Assembly: GCA_963845515.1 (NCBI GenBank)
Contig: CAWJSR010000003.1
Location: forward strand, 32,001 to 96,000
Direction: 5' to 3'
Source of the DNA: an uncultured delta proteobacterium
GTDB lineage: Bacteria > Myxococcota > Myxococcia > Myxococcales > Anaeromyxobacteraceae
Length of the DNA: 64,000 bases
Position numbers and translations under genes: made by a program. Of this stretch, positions 44,771 through 56,995 are shown one piece after another; positions within the stretch are counted from its first letter, which is position 1; the number at the start of each line of letters is the position of its first letter. Below the pieces are notes generated by a model. That model ran no database searches. It was not told the DNA's origin and was given only the letters and a program-made list of their open reading frames with translations.

Positions 44771-45292
44771 ATGACCGCCGCGAACGAGAAGCCGTCGGAG
44801 CAGAAGCAGCAGTTCCTTTCCTTCGCCATCGGGGGCACGCACTTCGGCGTCCCGATCCTGAAGGTGAAGGAGATCCTCCAGTTCGAGGGGGTCACCCGCG
44901 TCCCTGGGACGCCGCCATCGATCCGCGGCGTGATCAACGTCCGGGGCGCCGTGGTGCCGGTCGTGGACCTGGCCGTGAAGTTCGGGCAGGGCGAGGTGGT
45001 CCAGACGAACCGGACCTGCGTCCTGGTCGTAGAGACGGTGACGCCCGCCGGCCTGCTGACGCTGGGCGTGATCGCCGACGCGGTGAACGAGGTGCTCGAC
45101 CTCGCCGCGGCGGAGATCGAGCCGGCGCCGTCCTACGGCACCGGCCGCAGCCTCGATCACGTCAACGGCATGGGGAAGGTGGCCAAGGGCTTCGTCGTCC
45201 TCCTGGACATCGACCGGGTCCTCTCCGCGACGGAGGCCGAGCTGGCGGCCGCCGCCGCCGCGGCTGACGCCGAAGCCGCCGTCGCGGCCTGA
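44771..45292 (+). CDS. cheW: Chemotaxis coupling protein CheW
   Basis: VKEIL, TRVPGTP..RGVINVRGAVVPVVDL, LLDIDRVL. Confidence 0.92.
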   Translation: MTAANEKPSEQKQQFLSFAIGGTHFGVPILKVKEILQFEGVTRVPGTPPSIRGVINVRGAVVPVVDLAVKFGQGEVVQTNRTCVLVVETVTPAGLLTLGVIADAVNEVLDLAAAEIEPAPSYGTGRSLDHVNGMGKVAKGFVVLLDIDRVLSATEAELAAAAAAADAEAAVAA

Positions 45293-45308
45293 ACGGGGGC
45301 CGCGGGGC

Positions 45309-46127
45309 TCAGCCCCGCAGCACCCGCGCCAGGAGGTCGGGCCGGTCCGACATGATCCCATCGACGCCGGCGGCGAGCAGCCGGCGCATCTCGTCCTCCC
45401 GATCGACGGTCCAGACCTGCACGGCCATGCCGCGGGCGTGGAAGTAGGAGACGAGCCGGGACGTGATCAGCGGGAGCCCGGCGTACCGGCTGTTCGGCAG
45501 CGCGGCGAGATCGTAGCCCCCCGGGGCCCAGCTCGCCGGGAGCGGGCCCAGCGCGGCGAGGGCGTGCGGGATGGCGGCGACCGTGCAGAGGAAGCGCGCG
45601 TACTCGGGCAGCAGCCGCCGGAGCCGCGCCGCCTGGCGCCACGCCGCCGCGCCGACGCAGACCGTCAGCTCGCGGTGCGCGCCCCTGAGCACCCGCGCGA
45701 TCGCCTCGGCGAGCGCCGGCTCGCTCCCCTTCGCCTCGACGTTGACGCGCAGCGCCGGGAACCGCTCCAGGAGCGCGGCGAGCGTCGGGATGGTCACGCC
45801 CTTCCCGCGGAAGGGGAAGGTCAGCCCGCCGTCCGGCGTGAAGCCGAAGCCGGCGTCGAGCGCCTCGAGCTCCGCGCGCGTCCGCCCCTCGATGGACCCC
45901 GGGACGCCTGTGATCCGGCTGGTCTCCTCGTCGTGGAAGACCATGACCTCGCCGTCACGGGAGAGCCGGACGTCCGTCTCCAGCGCGACCGCGCCGAGCG
46001 CCTCCGCGTTCGCGAACGCGACGAGCGTGTTCTCGGGCGCGAGCAGGGAGCCGCCGCGGTGGGCGACGAGCCACGGCGGCCGGAGGGCGAAGTAGGGATG
46101 AGCGAGGCCGCGCAGGGGCATGGTCAT
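45309..46127 (-). CDS. Glycerophosphodiester phosphodiesterase
   Basis: VAHRGG..PENT, ETDVRLSRDG..HD, VWTVD, GVDGIMSDRP. Confidence 0.92.
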   Translation of the reverse strand: MTMPLRGLAHPYFALRPPWLVAHRGGSLLAPENTLVAFANAEALGAVALETDVRLSRDGEVMVFHDEETSRITGVPGSIEGRTRAELEALDAGFGFTPDGGLTFPFRGKGVTIPTLAALLERFPALRVNVEAKGSEPALAEAIARVLRGAHRELTVCVGAAAWRQAARLRRLLPEYARFLCTVAAIPHALAALGPLPASWAPGGYDLAALPNSRYAGLPLITSRLVSYFHARGMAVQVWTVDREDEMRRLLAAGVDGIMSDRPDLLARVLRG

Positions 46128-47161
46128 CTCAGCGCCGCCATCGCCTCGTCCAGCGCCGCGCGCGGCGGCCGCACGACCTCGTCGGGGAGCGTGGCGAGGG
46201 GGCGCTCGTCGAGCGAGAGCCGCTCCACGAAGCTGGGGGCGGCCGGGTCGAGGAAGAGGAGCCCGGTCAGGATCTCGCCGCTGGCGTGGGCCGCGGAGAG
46301 CCTCGCCAGCGCTTGCGCCCGGTCGGAGGTGTCCCAGGACGCCTCGAGCTTGCGGAGGATGAGGCGCGAGCCGTCGTGGAGCCTCACCTCGGTCGTCGTG
46401 CCGGGCTCGTACTGGATCGCGATCTCCTCGAACGCCGGCACGAAGGAGAGCTCCTGGAGCGGGTCGTCGTGCTCCTTCACGTAGGCGTAGGACTTGGTGG
46501 AGCCCTCGTGGTCGTTGAAGGTGACGCACGGTGAGATGACGTCGAGCACGGCGATGCCGCGGTGGGCGATGGCGGCCTCGAGCAGCGCCGAGAGCTGCCG
46601 CTTGTCGCCCGAGAAGGAGCGGGCGACGAAGTTGCCGCCGAGCTGGATGGCGAGCGTGCAGAGGTCGATGGCCGGGAGGGTGTTGGGCTCGCCAGTCTTC
46701 AGCGTCGAGCCGAAGTCGGCCGTGGCGGAGAACTGTCCCTTGGTGAGGCCGTACACGCCGTTGTCCTCGACCACGTAGATCATCGGCACGTTCCGCCGCA
46801 CGGCGTGGATGAACTGGCCGATGCCTATGGAGCCCGTGTCCCCGTCGCCAGACACGCCGATCGCGCGCAGCGTCCGGTTGGCGAGGATCGCGCCGGTCGC
46901 GACCGAGGGCATCCGGCCGTGCACGGAGTTGAAGGCGTGCGACCGGCTCATGAAGTAGGCGGGGCTCTTCGAGGAGCAGCCGATGCCTGAGAGCTTCATC
47001 ACGCGCTCCGGCGCCACGCCCATCCGGTGCATCGCCTCGATGATCCGCTCGGAGATGGCGTTGTGGCCGCAGCCCGCGCAGAGCGTCGACTTGCCGCCGC
47101 GATAGTCGAGCAGGGTGAGGCCGATCCGGTTGGTGCGGGGGGTGACGGGCTCTGCGGCCAT
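46124..47161 (-). CDS. 2-oxoacid:ferredoxin oxidoreductase beta subunit
   Basis: LCAGCGH, SGIGCSSK, SGDGD, DNGVYGLTKGQ, SPCVTFN. Confidence 0.93.
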   Translation of the reverse strand: MAAEPVTPRTNRIGLTLLDYRGGKSTLCAGCGHNAISERIIEAMHRMGVAPERVMKLSGIGCSSKSPAYFMSRSHAFNSVHGRMPSVATGAILANRTLRAIGVSGDGDTGSIGIGQFIHAVRRNVPMIYVVEDNGVYGLTKGQFSATADFGSTLKTGEPNTLPAIDLCTLAIQLGGNFVARSFSGDKRQLSALLEAAIAHRGIAVLDVISPCVTFNDHEGSTKSYAYVKEHDDPLQELSFVPAFEEIAIQYEPGTTTEVRLHDGSRLILRKLEASWDTSDRAQALARLSAAHASGEILTGLLFLDPAAPSFVERLSLDERPLATLPDEVVRPPRAALDEAMAALR

Positions 47162-47162
47162 G

Positions 47163-48960
47163 TCAGCGGCCCTCCATGGACAGAAGATCCTCGACGACCG
47201 AGCGGGCATCGAGCGGCATCCCCGTCACGTGGGCCACAGCGCGGAGCCTGGCCCCGTCCGCAGGCGGCAGGTCGAGCCGGAGCAGCGAGAGCAGCTGCGC
47301 GTCGCGGTCCTGCTCGACGACGTAGACGCGCGCGTGGCGCTCCACGAAATCGTGGACGGCCGCGGCGAACGGCCAGGCGCGGACCCGCAGGTAGTCCACC
47401 TCCAGCCCCCGCTCCCGGCGCAGGAGGGCGAGCGCCTCGCGGACGGCAGGATCGCTCGACCCCACCGCGACGACGCCGATCGGCGCCGCGCCGCTCCCCT
47501 CCAGGACGGGCGCGGGCAGGTGCGGCCGTGCGCCGTCCAGCTTCCGCGCCAGCCGCGCCATGTTCCGCTCGAAGACCTCCGGGCGTTCGCTGTAGTCGGC
47601 GCGCTCGTCGTGACCGGTGCCGCGCGTGAAGTAGGCTGCCTTCGGGTGATCCGTCCCGGGGAGGGTGCGCCACCCGATCCCGTCGCCGTCGGGGTCGGCG
47701 TAGCGCGAGAAGCCGCCCGCCTTCTCCAGCTCGGCGGCGGAGAGCACCTTCCCGCGGTCGAGCGGCCGCTCGGGGTACGGAAACGGATCGGACATCCAGG
47801 TGTTCATGCCCAGGTCGAGGTCGCTCAGGACCAGGACGGGCGTCTGGAAGCGCTCGGCGAGATCGAAGGCGTCACCGGCCATCGTGAAGCACTCGGTCAT
47901 CGTCCCCGGGAAGAGGAGGAGCTGGCGGGTGTCGCCGTGCGAGAGGAACGCGGCGGTGAGCATGTCGCCCTGCGACGTGCGGGTCGGCAGGCCGGTGGAC
48001 GGCCCGACGCGCTGGACGTCCCAGACGACGGCCGGCACCTCGGCGTAGTAGCCGAGCCCGGCGAGCTCGCTCATGAGCGAGATCCCGGGCCCCGACGTCG
48101 CGGTCATCGCGCGCGCACCGGCCCAGCCCGCGCCGATGACGGTCCCGAGCGCGGCCAGCTCGTCCTCGGCCTGCACCACCGCGTACGTCGCCTTTCCGTC
48201 GGGCCCCGTCCTGTAGCGCCGGAGGTAGCCCTGCAGCGCGTCGACGAGCGACGTCGAGGGGGTGATCGGGTACCAGGCGACGACCGTGACGCCGCCGAAG
48301 AGCGCGCCGAGCGCCGCGGCCTGGTTTCCGTCGACGAGCAGCTTGCCCGCGGTGCCGTCCATGCGCCGGAGGACGTATGGGTCCCGCTTCTCCAGCCCCT
48401 TCGCCCCCTCGAACCCGGCGCGCGCCGCGGAGAGGTTCAGCTCCCTGGCCTTGGCCTTCTTCTCGAAGGCGCGGCCGATCGCCAGCTCCACCTCGGCCAG
48501 CTCGATCGTCGAGGAGCCGCGCTGCTGCGCCGACCCAGACCATGTTGCGGAGGAACCTCTTGAGCCTCGGCTCGCTCGTGACGGGTGAGACGAGCGCGTC
48601 CACCGGGAGTGGGTAGAAGACGACGTCGGAGCGCAGCGGCGCGAGCTGGAGCGCGGCGTCGTGAAGCACCGCTGCGCCGGCGTGGAGCGAGAGCACGTCG
48701 TCGCGCGCCGACTCGGGGTTCATGGCGACCAGCAGGTCGACGTCCGGCTTGCGCGCCGTCCACCCCTCGCTGCTCGCCCGGATCGTGTACCAGGTGGGGA
48801 GCCCCGCGATGTTGGACGGGAAGATGTTCTTCCCCGAGACCGGGACGCCCATCTGGAAGATGGCGCGCAGCAGCACCGCGTTCGCCGACTGCGAGCCGGA
48901 GCCGTTCACCGTCGCGACGTGGATCGCGAGGTCGTTGACGATCTCGGAGGAGGTTGCCAT
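47163..48960 (-). CDS. 2-oxoacid:acceptor oxidoreductase alpha subunit (frameshift near 48510)
   Basis: TVNGSGSQSAN, WYPITPS, QAEDELAA, TATSGPG, QRVGPSTGLPT. Confidence 0.92.
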
Positions 48961-49056
48961 CAGTGAACGAATACTGGACGCGGCGCTTCTGCGCACCCGC
49001 CCGCGTGGGGGCGTGCGCCGAATTCGCACGGCGCGGGCCGACGCGCCCGCCCGGCG

Positions 49057-49386
<330 letters not shown>

Positions 49387-49510
49387 GTGCCTCCCATGCG
49401 CGAGCAAGCGTTGGCCCGCCACGTCCAGAGGGGCTGCCACCCTGGTGGTGCGACAGCCCACATTGACCCGTCCGACCCGGCGGGCAGAATGACGGTTCTG
49501 GAGACCCACC

Positions 49511-50398
49511 ATGCTCGAGCTCGTCGCCGCCTGCCTGCTGTTCGCCGCCGAAGCCGCTGACGTCACGTCGCCGCCCCCCGTCACGACCTCGCCGGAGACT
49601 GCGGTGACGACGGGGACGGAGCCCGTCGCGCCTGCGGCGGCTCCCGCCGATCCAGCGGCGCCTTCGCCAGCGGCCGCTGCACCGGCCGAGGTGGCAGAGC
49701 GGCCGGCGGCCGCACCTGCCGAGCCGGCCCCCGCGCTGGGCGCGCCTGCGGCTGACGGCCTTCGTCCCCTGATGCTCACGCTCTCCCTGGGGCTGGGGCG
49801 CGCCTACCCAGGGGGGGAGCTCGCGGCAGACCGGCCGATGAACGATCTCACCTCGCCGATGGGGTCGCTGCGGCTGGACGCCGGCATCCGGATCCGGCCC
49901 AGGTTGATCCTCGCCCTCGTGCTCGACCTGTCCAGCGGCGGAACTCCGGGCGCGAGCCTCCGGAGCCAGTGCGACGCGGCCGACGTCGACTGCACCGTGG
50001 GCTCGAGCCGTGTGTCGCTCGACGCCCGCTACGTCTTCACGCCCTATGCAGCACGCACCTGGTGGGTCGGCGCCGGCCTCGGCGCCGAGGGGACTGGCCT
50101 GATGAAGAAGGGCGGCGGCGCGAGCGCGGACTTCATGCCCAGCTACTCGGGCGGGCTGTTCCCGCGCGTCTCCGGGGGCTGGGAGCGGCGCGTGAACCAG
50201 TACTTCGGTTGGGGCTTCTACGCGGGCCTGTCCTTCGGCGCCTTCAACGAGGTCGCGATGGGCGAGTCGGACGCTCGGAGCGCAATCCCCGGAGACGAGG
50301 CAGGCCATAGCTGGCTCGACCTCGGCGTGCGGATCATCGCGTTCAGCTCGCCGACCACCCAGCCGACCCCGAACATCATCGCGAAGGTGAGGACGTAG
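49511..50398 (+). CDS. Outer-membrane beta-barrel-like protein with Pro/Ala linker; tail after ~50335 is kdpD antisense
   Basis: Signal peptide, beta pattern ending [11 protein letters not shown], then runs into kdpD-derived DNA. Confidence 0.55.
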   Translation: MLELVAACLLFAAEAADVTSPPPVTTSPETAVTTGTEPVAPAAAPADPAAPSPAAAAPAEVAERPAAAPAEPAPALGAPAADGLRPLMLTLSLGLGRAYPGGELAADRPMNDLTSPMGSLRLDAGIRIRPRLILALVLDLSSGGTPGASLRSQCDAADVDCTVGSSRVSLDARYVFTPYAARTWWVGAGLGAEGTGLMKKGGGASADFMPSYSGGLFPRVSGGWERRVNQYFGWGFYAGLSFGAFNEVAMGESDARSAIPGDEAGHSWLDLGVRIIAFSSPTTQPTPNIIAKVRT

Positions 50399-51851
50399 CG
50401 CGCATCGGCCACCGCGAACGTGTCCGAAGGGCGGGACGAAGAAGAAGTCGTAGGCAGGCCACCGACGAGGGCGGCCGCGAGCGATGCGACGAGCCGCGGC
50501 CGTGCCGGATGGCGGCCACCATCACCGCGACCACGTAGAGGACCGAGAGGTCCGGCACCGGGTGAAGCGCGCGGACCCCCGCGGCGAGCGCGGTGGTGAG
50601 CGCGACGATCGAGAGGGCGAACGCGTACGGCGCGGGGTGGCGCGGCGGCGCGGCCAGCCTCGCGCTGCGGCGGCTCGCGCGCCTCCCGCTCGGCGTCGCC
50701 GATGACGTGGACGTCGATCTCGCCGCTGCCGCGCACCACCTCGTCGAGCAGCGAGCCGCGCAGCCGGTCGCGCAGGCGGGAGTGGGTCGGCTTGCCGATG
50801 ATGATGCGCGTGACGTTGTGCCTCCGCGCGTAGTCGAGGATGGCGTCGGCGATGCGCCCGGCCGCCGAGCCGCACGACGCGTGGCGCCGAGCGACTCGGC
50901 GAGCCGGAGGTGGACCTCGAGCCGCTCGCGGTCCGCCTCGCCCGTGCGTCGCCAGGGCGGTCGGCTCCACGTAGGCCGCGACCCACGGTGCAGCGCAGCC
51001 CCGCCGCCATGCGCGCGCGCGGCGCGGATCAGCCGCGCCGAGCTGGGCGCCGGCCCGACGCAGACCAGGATGCGCTCGCCCGCCGGCCAGGTCGACGACG
51101 ACCCCGTGCTCCTCGCGGTACTCCCGGACGTCCTCGTCGACGCGTCTGCGCCGTCCGGCGCAGCGCGAGCTCGCGCAGCGCGAGCAGGTTGCCCCGCTGG
51201 AAGAAGTGCTCGGCGGCGCGCCGCGCCTGCTCGGGGAGGTAGACCTTGCCCTCCGCGAGCCGCTGCAGCAGCTCCTCCGGCGCGATGTCGACCAGCTCGA
51301 TCTCGTCGGCCGCGTCGAGCACCGAGTCGGGCACCGTCTCGCGCACCTGGACGCCGGTGATCTGCGCGACGACGTCGTTGAGGCTCTCGACGTGCTGGAC
51401 GTTGAGCGTCGTGTGGACGTCGATGCCCGGCCTCGAGCAGCTCCTCGACGTCCTGCCAGCGCTTGGCGTGGCGCGAGCCGGGCGCGTTGGTGTGCGCCAG
51501 CTCGTCGACGAGCAGGAGCTTCGGCCTCCGCGCGAGCGCGGCGTCGAGGTCGAACTCCTCGAGCACGCGCCCGCGGTACTCCACCTTCCGCCGCGGCAGC
51601 AGCTCGAGCCCCAGGATCAGCGCCGCGGTCTCGGAGCGGCCGTGGGTCTCGACCAGGCCGACGACGACGTCGAGCGTCCTGGTCGTAGACCAGGTCCCGC
51701 GCGACCTGGAGCATGCGGTAGGTCTTGCCGACGCCCGGGCGCGAAGCCGAAGAAGATCTTGAGCTTGCCCGCGCCGGGCGCGCGCCTCCTCCGCCTGCAC
51801 GCGCGCGGAGCAGCGCGTCCGGGATCCGGTCTGTCGGTCGTGCTCGCTCAT
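50335..51851 (-). pseudogene. kdpD: KdpD sensor, multiply frameshifted and truncated after the TM region (no kinase domain)
   Basis: [52 protein letters not shown]. Confidence 0.85.
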
Positions 51852-51870
51852 CGGATCGGCGGCTGCCGCG

Positions 51871-52484
51871 CTACTTCGCCTCCACGTGCCTCGCCCGGTC
51901 GCAGCGCGTCGAGCGCCAGGTTGAGCCGCAGCACGTTGACCCGCGGCTCGCCCAGGAGCCCGAGGCGTCCGCCCCTCGACGTGCCGCTCGACCAGCGCGC
52001 GGACGCGCGCCTCGGGCGAGCCCGCGCGCCCGCGCGACGCGCCCCACCTGGTAGTAGCGCCGCCGCCGGCGAGATGTGCGGATCGAGCCCGCTCGCCGAG
52101 GCGGTGACCAGGTCGACCGGCACGGGCGCCGTCGCCTGCCGGGATCGGCCGCGCGCAGCGCCGCGACCCGCGCCGCCACGGCGTCGCGCAGCGCCGGGTT
52201 GGACGGGCCGAGGTTGGAGCCGGTCGAGGCGCCGGCGTCGTACGGCGTCGGGCGCGGTCGCCGACGGGCGTCCCCAGAAGTAGCCGCGGGTCGTCGAAGG
52301 GCTGACCGATCAGCTCCGAGCCGACGACACTGGCCGCCTCGCGTCGCACGAGGCTCCCGTTCGCCTGCGACGCGGGAAGAGCGCCTGCGCGATGCCCGGT
52401 GACCGACGAGCGGATAGACGACGCCGGTGAGGATGCGTGAAGAGCCGCGAGGAGCATCAGCGCGGGTCGGACGAGTGCGAGCAT
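51871..52484 (-). CDS. kdpC: K+-transporting ATPase subunit C (frameshifted)
   Basis: QANGSL, GSELIGQPF, PVDLVTASASGLDPHIS, GEPRVNVLRLNLALD in different frames. Confidence 0.88.
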
Positions 52485-52501
52485 GGCGTTCTCCTTTCAG
52501 C

Positions 52502-54612
52502 TCACGCCGATGGCGCGTGAGCGGCGAGGTCGATGAGCTTGATGCACGGGAACGGCAGCACGACGCCGCCGAGGCCGTAGACGAGCAGGTTGCGCCGCAG
52601 CAGCAGCGCCGCGCCGGCGCCGGCCGGTAGCGCGACGCCGCGCAGCGCCAGCGGGATGAGCGCGATGATGATGAGCGCGTTGAAGATGACGGCCGAGAGG
52701 ATCGCGCGTCGTCGGGCGAGTGCAGGCCGCATCACGTTGAGCGCGCCGAGCGCCGGGTAGGTCGCCGCGAAGGCCGCCGGGATGATGGCGAAGTACTTGG
52801 CGACGTCGTTGGCGATGCTGAACGTCGTCAGCGCGCCGCGCGTCATCAGCATCTGCTTGCCGATCTCGACGATCGTCGAGCAGCTTGGTCGGGTTGGAGT
52901 CGAGGTCGACCATGTTGCCGGCCTCCTTGGCGGCCTGCGTGCCGGTGTTCATGGCCACCGCGACGTCGGCCTGCGCGAGCGCCGGCGCGTCGTTGGTGCC
53001 GTCGCCCGGTCATCGCGACGAGGTGCCCCTTCGCCTGGTAGTCGCGGATCAGCGCGAGCTTCGCCTCGGGCGTCGCCTCGGCGAGGAAGTCGTCGACGCC
53101 GGCCTCGGCGGCGATCGCCGCGGCGGTGAGCGGGTTGTCGCCCGGTGATCATCACGGTCTGGATCCCCATGCGGCGCAGCTCGCGCGAAGCGCTCCCGGA
53201 TGCCGCCCTTGACGATGTCCTTGAGCTGCACGACGCCGAGCACCCGCGCCGCCATCGGCGACGACGAGCGGCGTCGCCCCCTGCTTGCGCGACCTCGCTC
53301 GACGGTCGGCGCGCACCTCGGCCGGGACAGCCGCCGCCCTGCTCCTCGACGAAGCGCGCGATGGCGTCGGCGGCGCCCTTGCGGATCTGCGCGCCCGTCG
53401 AGGTCCACGCCGCTCATCCGCGTCTGCGCGGTGAACGGGACGAACGTCGCGCCCCGAGCGCCTGCACGTCGCGCCCGCGGAGGCCGAACTTCTCCTTGGC
53501 GAGCACCACGATGCTGCGCCCCTCGGGCGTCTCGTCGGCGAGCGAGGCGAGCTGCGCCGCGTCGGCGAGCTCGCGCTCGGCGCACGCCGGGCGCCGGCAG
53601 GAACGCGCGTCGCCTGCCGGTTGCCGAGCGTGATGGTGCCGGTCTTGTCGAGGAGCAGCACGTCGACGTCGCCGGCGGCCTCGACGGCGCGGCCCGAGGT
53701 GGCGATGACGTTGGCCTGGATCATCCGGTCCATGCCGGCGATGCCGATGGCGGAGAGCAGCCCGCCGATGGTGGTGGGGATGAGGCAGACGAGGAGCGCC
53801 ACGAGCACGGTGAGCGTCACCGGCGCGCCCTGCCCGGCCGCTCGCACGGCGTAGAGCGAGAACGGCAGCAGCGTGACCGTCGCGAGCAGGAAGACGATCG
53901 TGAGCGCCGCGAGCAGGATGTCGAGCGCGATCTCGTTCGGCGTCTTCTGGCGCTTCGCGCCCTCGACCATCGCGATCATCCGGTCGAGGAAGGTCTCGCC
54001 GGGGTTGGCGCGTGACGCGCACGACGAGCCAGTCGGAGAGCACGCGCGTGCCGCCGGTGACGGCGCTGCGATCGCCGCCGCTCTCGCGGATGACCGGCGC
54101 GCTCTCGCCGGTGATGGCGCTCTCGTCGACGGAGGCGACGCCCTCGATGACCTCGCCGTCGCCGGGGATCGAGTCGCCGGCCTCGACGAGCACGACGTCG
54201 CCCTTGCGCAGCGTCGGCGACGGCGACCGTCCTCGACGACGTCGCGTCGCGGCCGCGGCCTCGCGCGAGCCGCTTGGCCACGACGTCCCGGCGCGCCTTG
54301 CGCAGCGCGTCGGCCTGCGCCTTGCCGCGCCCCTCGGCCATCGCCTCGGCGAAGTTGGCGAAGAGCACGGTGAACCAGAGCCAGAGCGAGACGGCGAGGA
54401 TGAACCCGGGCGGCGCCTCGCCCGTGCCGGTGACGAGCGCGTGGACGAAGAGCAGCGTCGTGAAGACGCTGCCGACCTCGACCACGAACATGACCGGGTT
54501 CCGGACCATGCGGCGCGGGTCGAGCTTCGCGAAGCGCGTCGACGATCGCGCGCGCCGGACGATCGGCCGGCCTCGAAGAGCGGACGCGGCTGTGGGCGCG
54601 TTGTGTCGACAT
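52502..54612 (-). CDS. kdpB: K+-transporting ATPase subunit B (many frameshifts)
   Basis: [60 protein letters not shown]. Confidence 0.92.
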
Positions 54613-54626
54613 GGTCATGCGTCTCC

Positions 54627-56388
54627 TCAGCGCGCGACGAGCATGCAGGTGCTCGACGATCGGGCCCGAGCGCGAGCGCCGGGAATGAAGGTGAGCGCGC
54701 CGACGAGGACGACGGTGCCGACGAGCAGCGCCGACGAAGAGCGGCGTGTGGGTCGGCAGCGTGCCGGCGCTCGGCGGGACGATCTTCTTCGCGCGAGCGA
54801 GCCGGCGATCGCGAGCACCGGGCACGATCACCCAGAAGCGGCCGACGAGCATGCAGATGCCGATGCGCCGTGGCGTAGAAGGGCCCGCTCGCGGTGAGGC
54901 CGCCGAAGGCGCGAGCCGTTGTTGTTCGCGCCGGAGGAGAAGGCGTAGAGGATCTCGCTGAAGCCGTGGGCGCCGGGGTTGCCGAGCGTCGCGGTGCCCG
55001 GCGGCAGGTCACGCACGCGATCGCCGTGCCGATCAGGACCGCGGCGGCCGGGATGCAGGATGACGAGCGACGCCATCTTCATCTCGTAGGCCTCGATCTT
55101 CTTGCCGAGGTACTCGGGCGTGCGTCCCACCATGAGCCCGGCGATGAAGACCGCGATGATGGCGAACATCGAGCATGCCGTAGAGGCCCGAGCCGACGCC
55201 GCCGAAGACGACCTCGCCGAGCTGGATCAGCCACATCGGGACGAGGCCGCCGAGCGGCGTGAAGCTGTCGTGCATCGCGTTCACCGAGCCGTTCGACGCC
55301 GCGGTGGTCGCCGACCGCCCAGAGGCGCTGTCGACGATGCCGAAGCGGACCTCCTTGCCCTCCATGTTGCCGCCCGGCCTGCAGCGCGCTCGCGACCTGG
55401 TCGACGCCGAGCGGCGTCGAGCGCCGGATTGCCGCGCCTGCTCGGCCGCGACGTCAGCCAGGAGCAGCGGGACGAAGATGACCAGCATCGCCGCGAAGCA
55501 GCGCCCAGCCCTGGCGCCGGTCCTTCACCATCGCGCCGAACGTGAAGCAGAGCGCGGCGGGGATGAGCAGGATCGCGAGCATCTCGAGGAAGTTGGAGAG
55601 CGGCGTCGGGTTCTCGAAGGGATGGGCCGAGTTGACGTTGAAGAAGCCGCCGCCGTTGGTGCCGAGCTGCTTGATCGCGATCTGCGAGGCGGCCGGCCCG
55701 AGCGCGAGCGACCTGGTCGGCGACCGTGCTGCCGTCGGCGCCGGCGTCGCAGCGAGCAGTGCGCGACGGCGTACGGCCGCGAAGCGTCTGCACGACGCCC
55801 TGCGAGACGAGGACGAGCGCGAGGACGAGCGAGAGCGGCAGCAGGACGTAGAGCGTGCTGCGCGTCAGGTCGACCCAGAAGTTGCCGATCGTCCCGTGCC
55901 TGCGCCGCGCGAAGCCGCGGATCAGCGCGACGAGCACCGCCATCCCGGTCGCGGCCGACACGAAGTTCTGCACGGTCGAGCGCGAGCATCTGCGTGAGGT
56001 AGCTCATCGTCGACTCGCCCGCGTAGGCCTGCCAGTTGGTGTTGGTGGCGAAGCTCACCGCGGTGTTGAACGAGACCTCCGGCGCGACCGCGGGGAGACC
56101 GGCGGGGTTGAGCGGAAGATGGCCCTGCAGTCGCATCACCCCGTAGACGACCAGCGCTCCGGCGAGGTTGAAGAGGAGCACCGCCGCCGCGTAGCGCTTC
56201 CAGGGCATGTCCTCTTCTGGGCGGACGCCGGCGAGGCGGTAGAGGGCCCGCTCGACCGGACCGAGCAGCCCCTGCGCCAGGCGGGCCTCGCCGGAGTAGA
56301 CGCTCGCCATGTACGAGCCGAGCGGCACGCCGAGCGCGATGAGCGCGCCGAGGTAGAGCCCGATTCGAAGCAGCGCGTCGGACGTCAT
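54627..56388 (-). CDS. kdpA: K+-transporting ATPase subunit A (many frameshifts)
   Basis: [55 protein letters not shown]. Confidence 0.92.
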
Positions 56389-56477
56389 GACAGCTTCTCC
56401 GGAAAGAGGAGGGCGAAGACGAGGTAGCCGAGGAGCAGCGCGGCCAGTACGCCGCCGAGGGCGAGGAGCACGGTCAT
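56385..56477 (-). CDS. kdpF: K+-transporting ATPase subunit F
   Basis: Own translation: [30 protein letters not shown]; overlaps the kdpA start. Confidence 0.85.
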   Translation of the reverse strand: MTVLLALGGVLAALLLGYLVFALLFPEKLS

Positions 56478-56481
56478 GGCG

Positions 56482-56562
56482 TCACACCCGCTCGCAGAGC
56501 CGGACGAGCCCCCAGGTCAGGAGGAAGAAGCCGACGATCAGGGCCAGATAGACGACGTCCAT
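56482..56562 (-). CDS. 26-aa membrane peptide upstream of kdpF
   Basis: Own translation: MDVVYLALIVGFFLLTWGLVRLCERV, with a GGAG RBS. Confidence 0.7.
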   Translation of the reverse strand: MDVVYLALIVGFFLLTWGLVRLCERV

Positions 56563-56630
56563 CACGGTGCTCCGGTTCGAGGCGGCAGGAAGTCCGCTCG
56601 TCCCATCTACGCCGCCCAGCGTCCGAGCGG

Positions 56631-56668
56631 CGTCAAGTCCGACGGGCCGTGCGTCAACGAGGAATCAA
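56631..56668 (-). promoter_or_regulatory. Candidate KdpE-type direct repeats
   Basis: Minus-strand TTGA(T/C) units at 11 and 21 bp spacing upstream of the kdp operon. Confidence 0.3.
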
Positions 56669-56779
56669 GGCGGAGCCAGCGACGCCCAATCGGGTGGCCT
56701 CGATGGGGCCCTGGGTCCGCGGCGTGGCGTCGCCCGCCTCCGTCCCCCTAAGCTCCAGGTGACCCTGGCCGGAGGCCCA

Positions 56780-56942
56780 CCGTGGAATCGATCGAAGGAC
56801 GCGTCGCGCTCGTCACCGGCGGTGGGCGGGGGATCGGGCGCTCCATCGCGCTGGCGCTCGCGCGGGCCGGGGCGCACGTCGCGGTCGCCGCGAGGACCAT
56901 CCCGGAGATCGAGCAGGTGGCCGCGGAGGTCGCGGCCCTCGG
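56780..56942 (+). pseudogene. Diverged duplicate of the SDR 5' end
   Basis: Matches 56994-57156 with a few substitutions. Confidence 0.85.
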
Positions 56943-56995
56943 CTGCGTTACGTCTGGAGGGGCCGCCCGGCGGGCGCGCCCATCGGAGGAATGCC

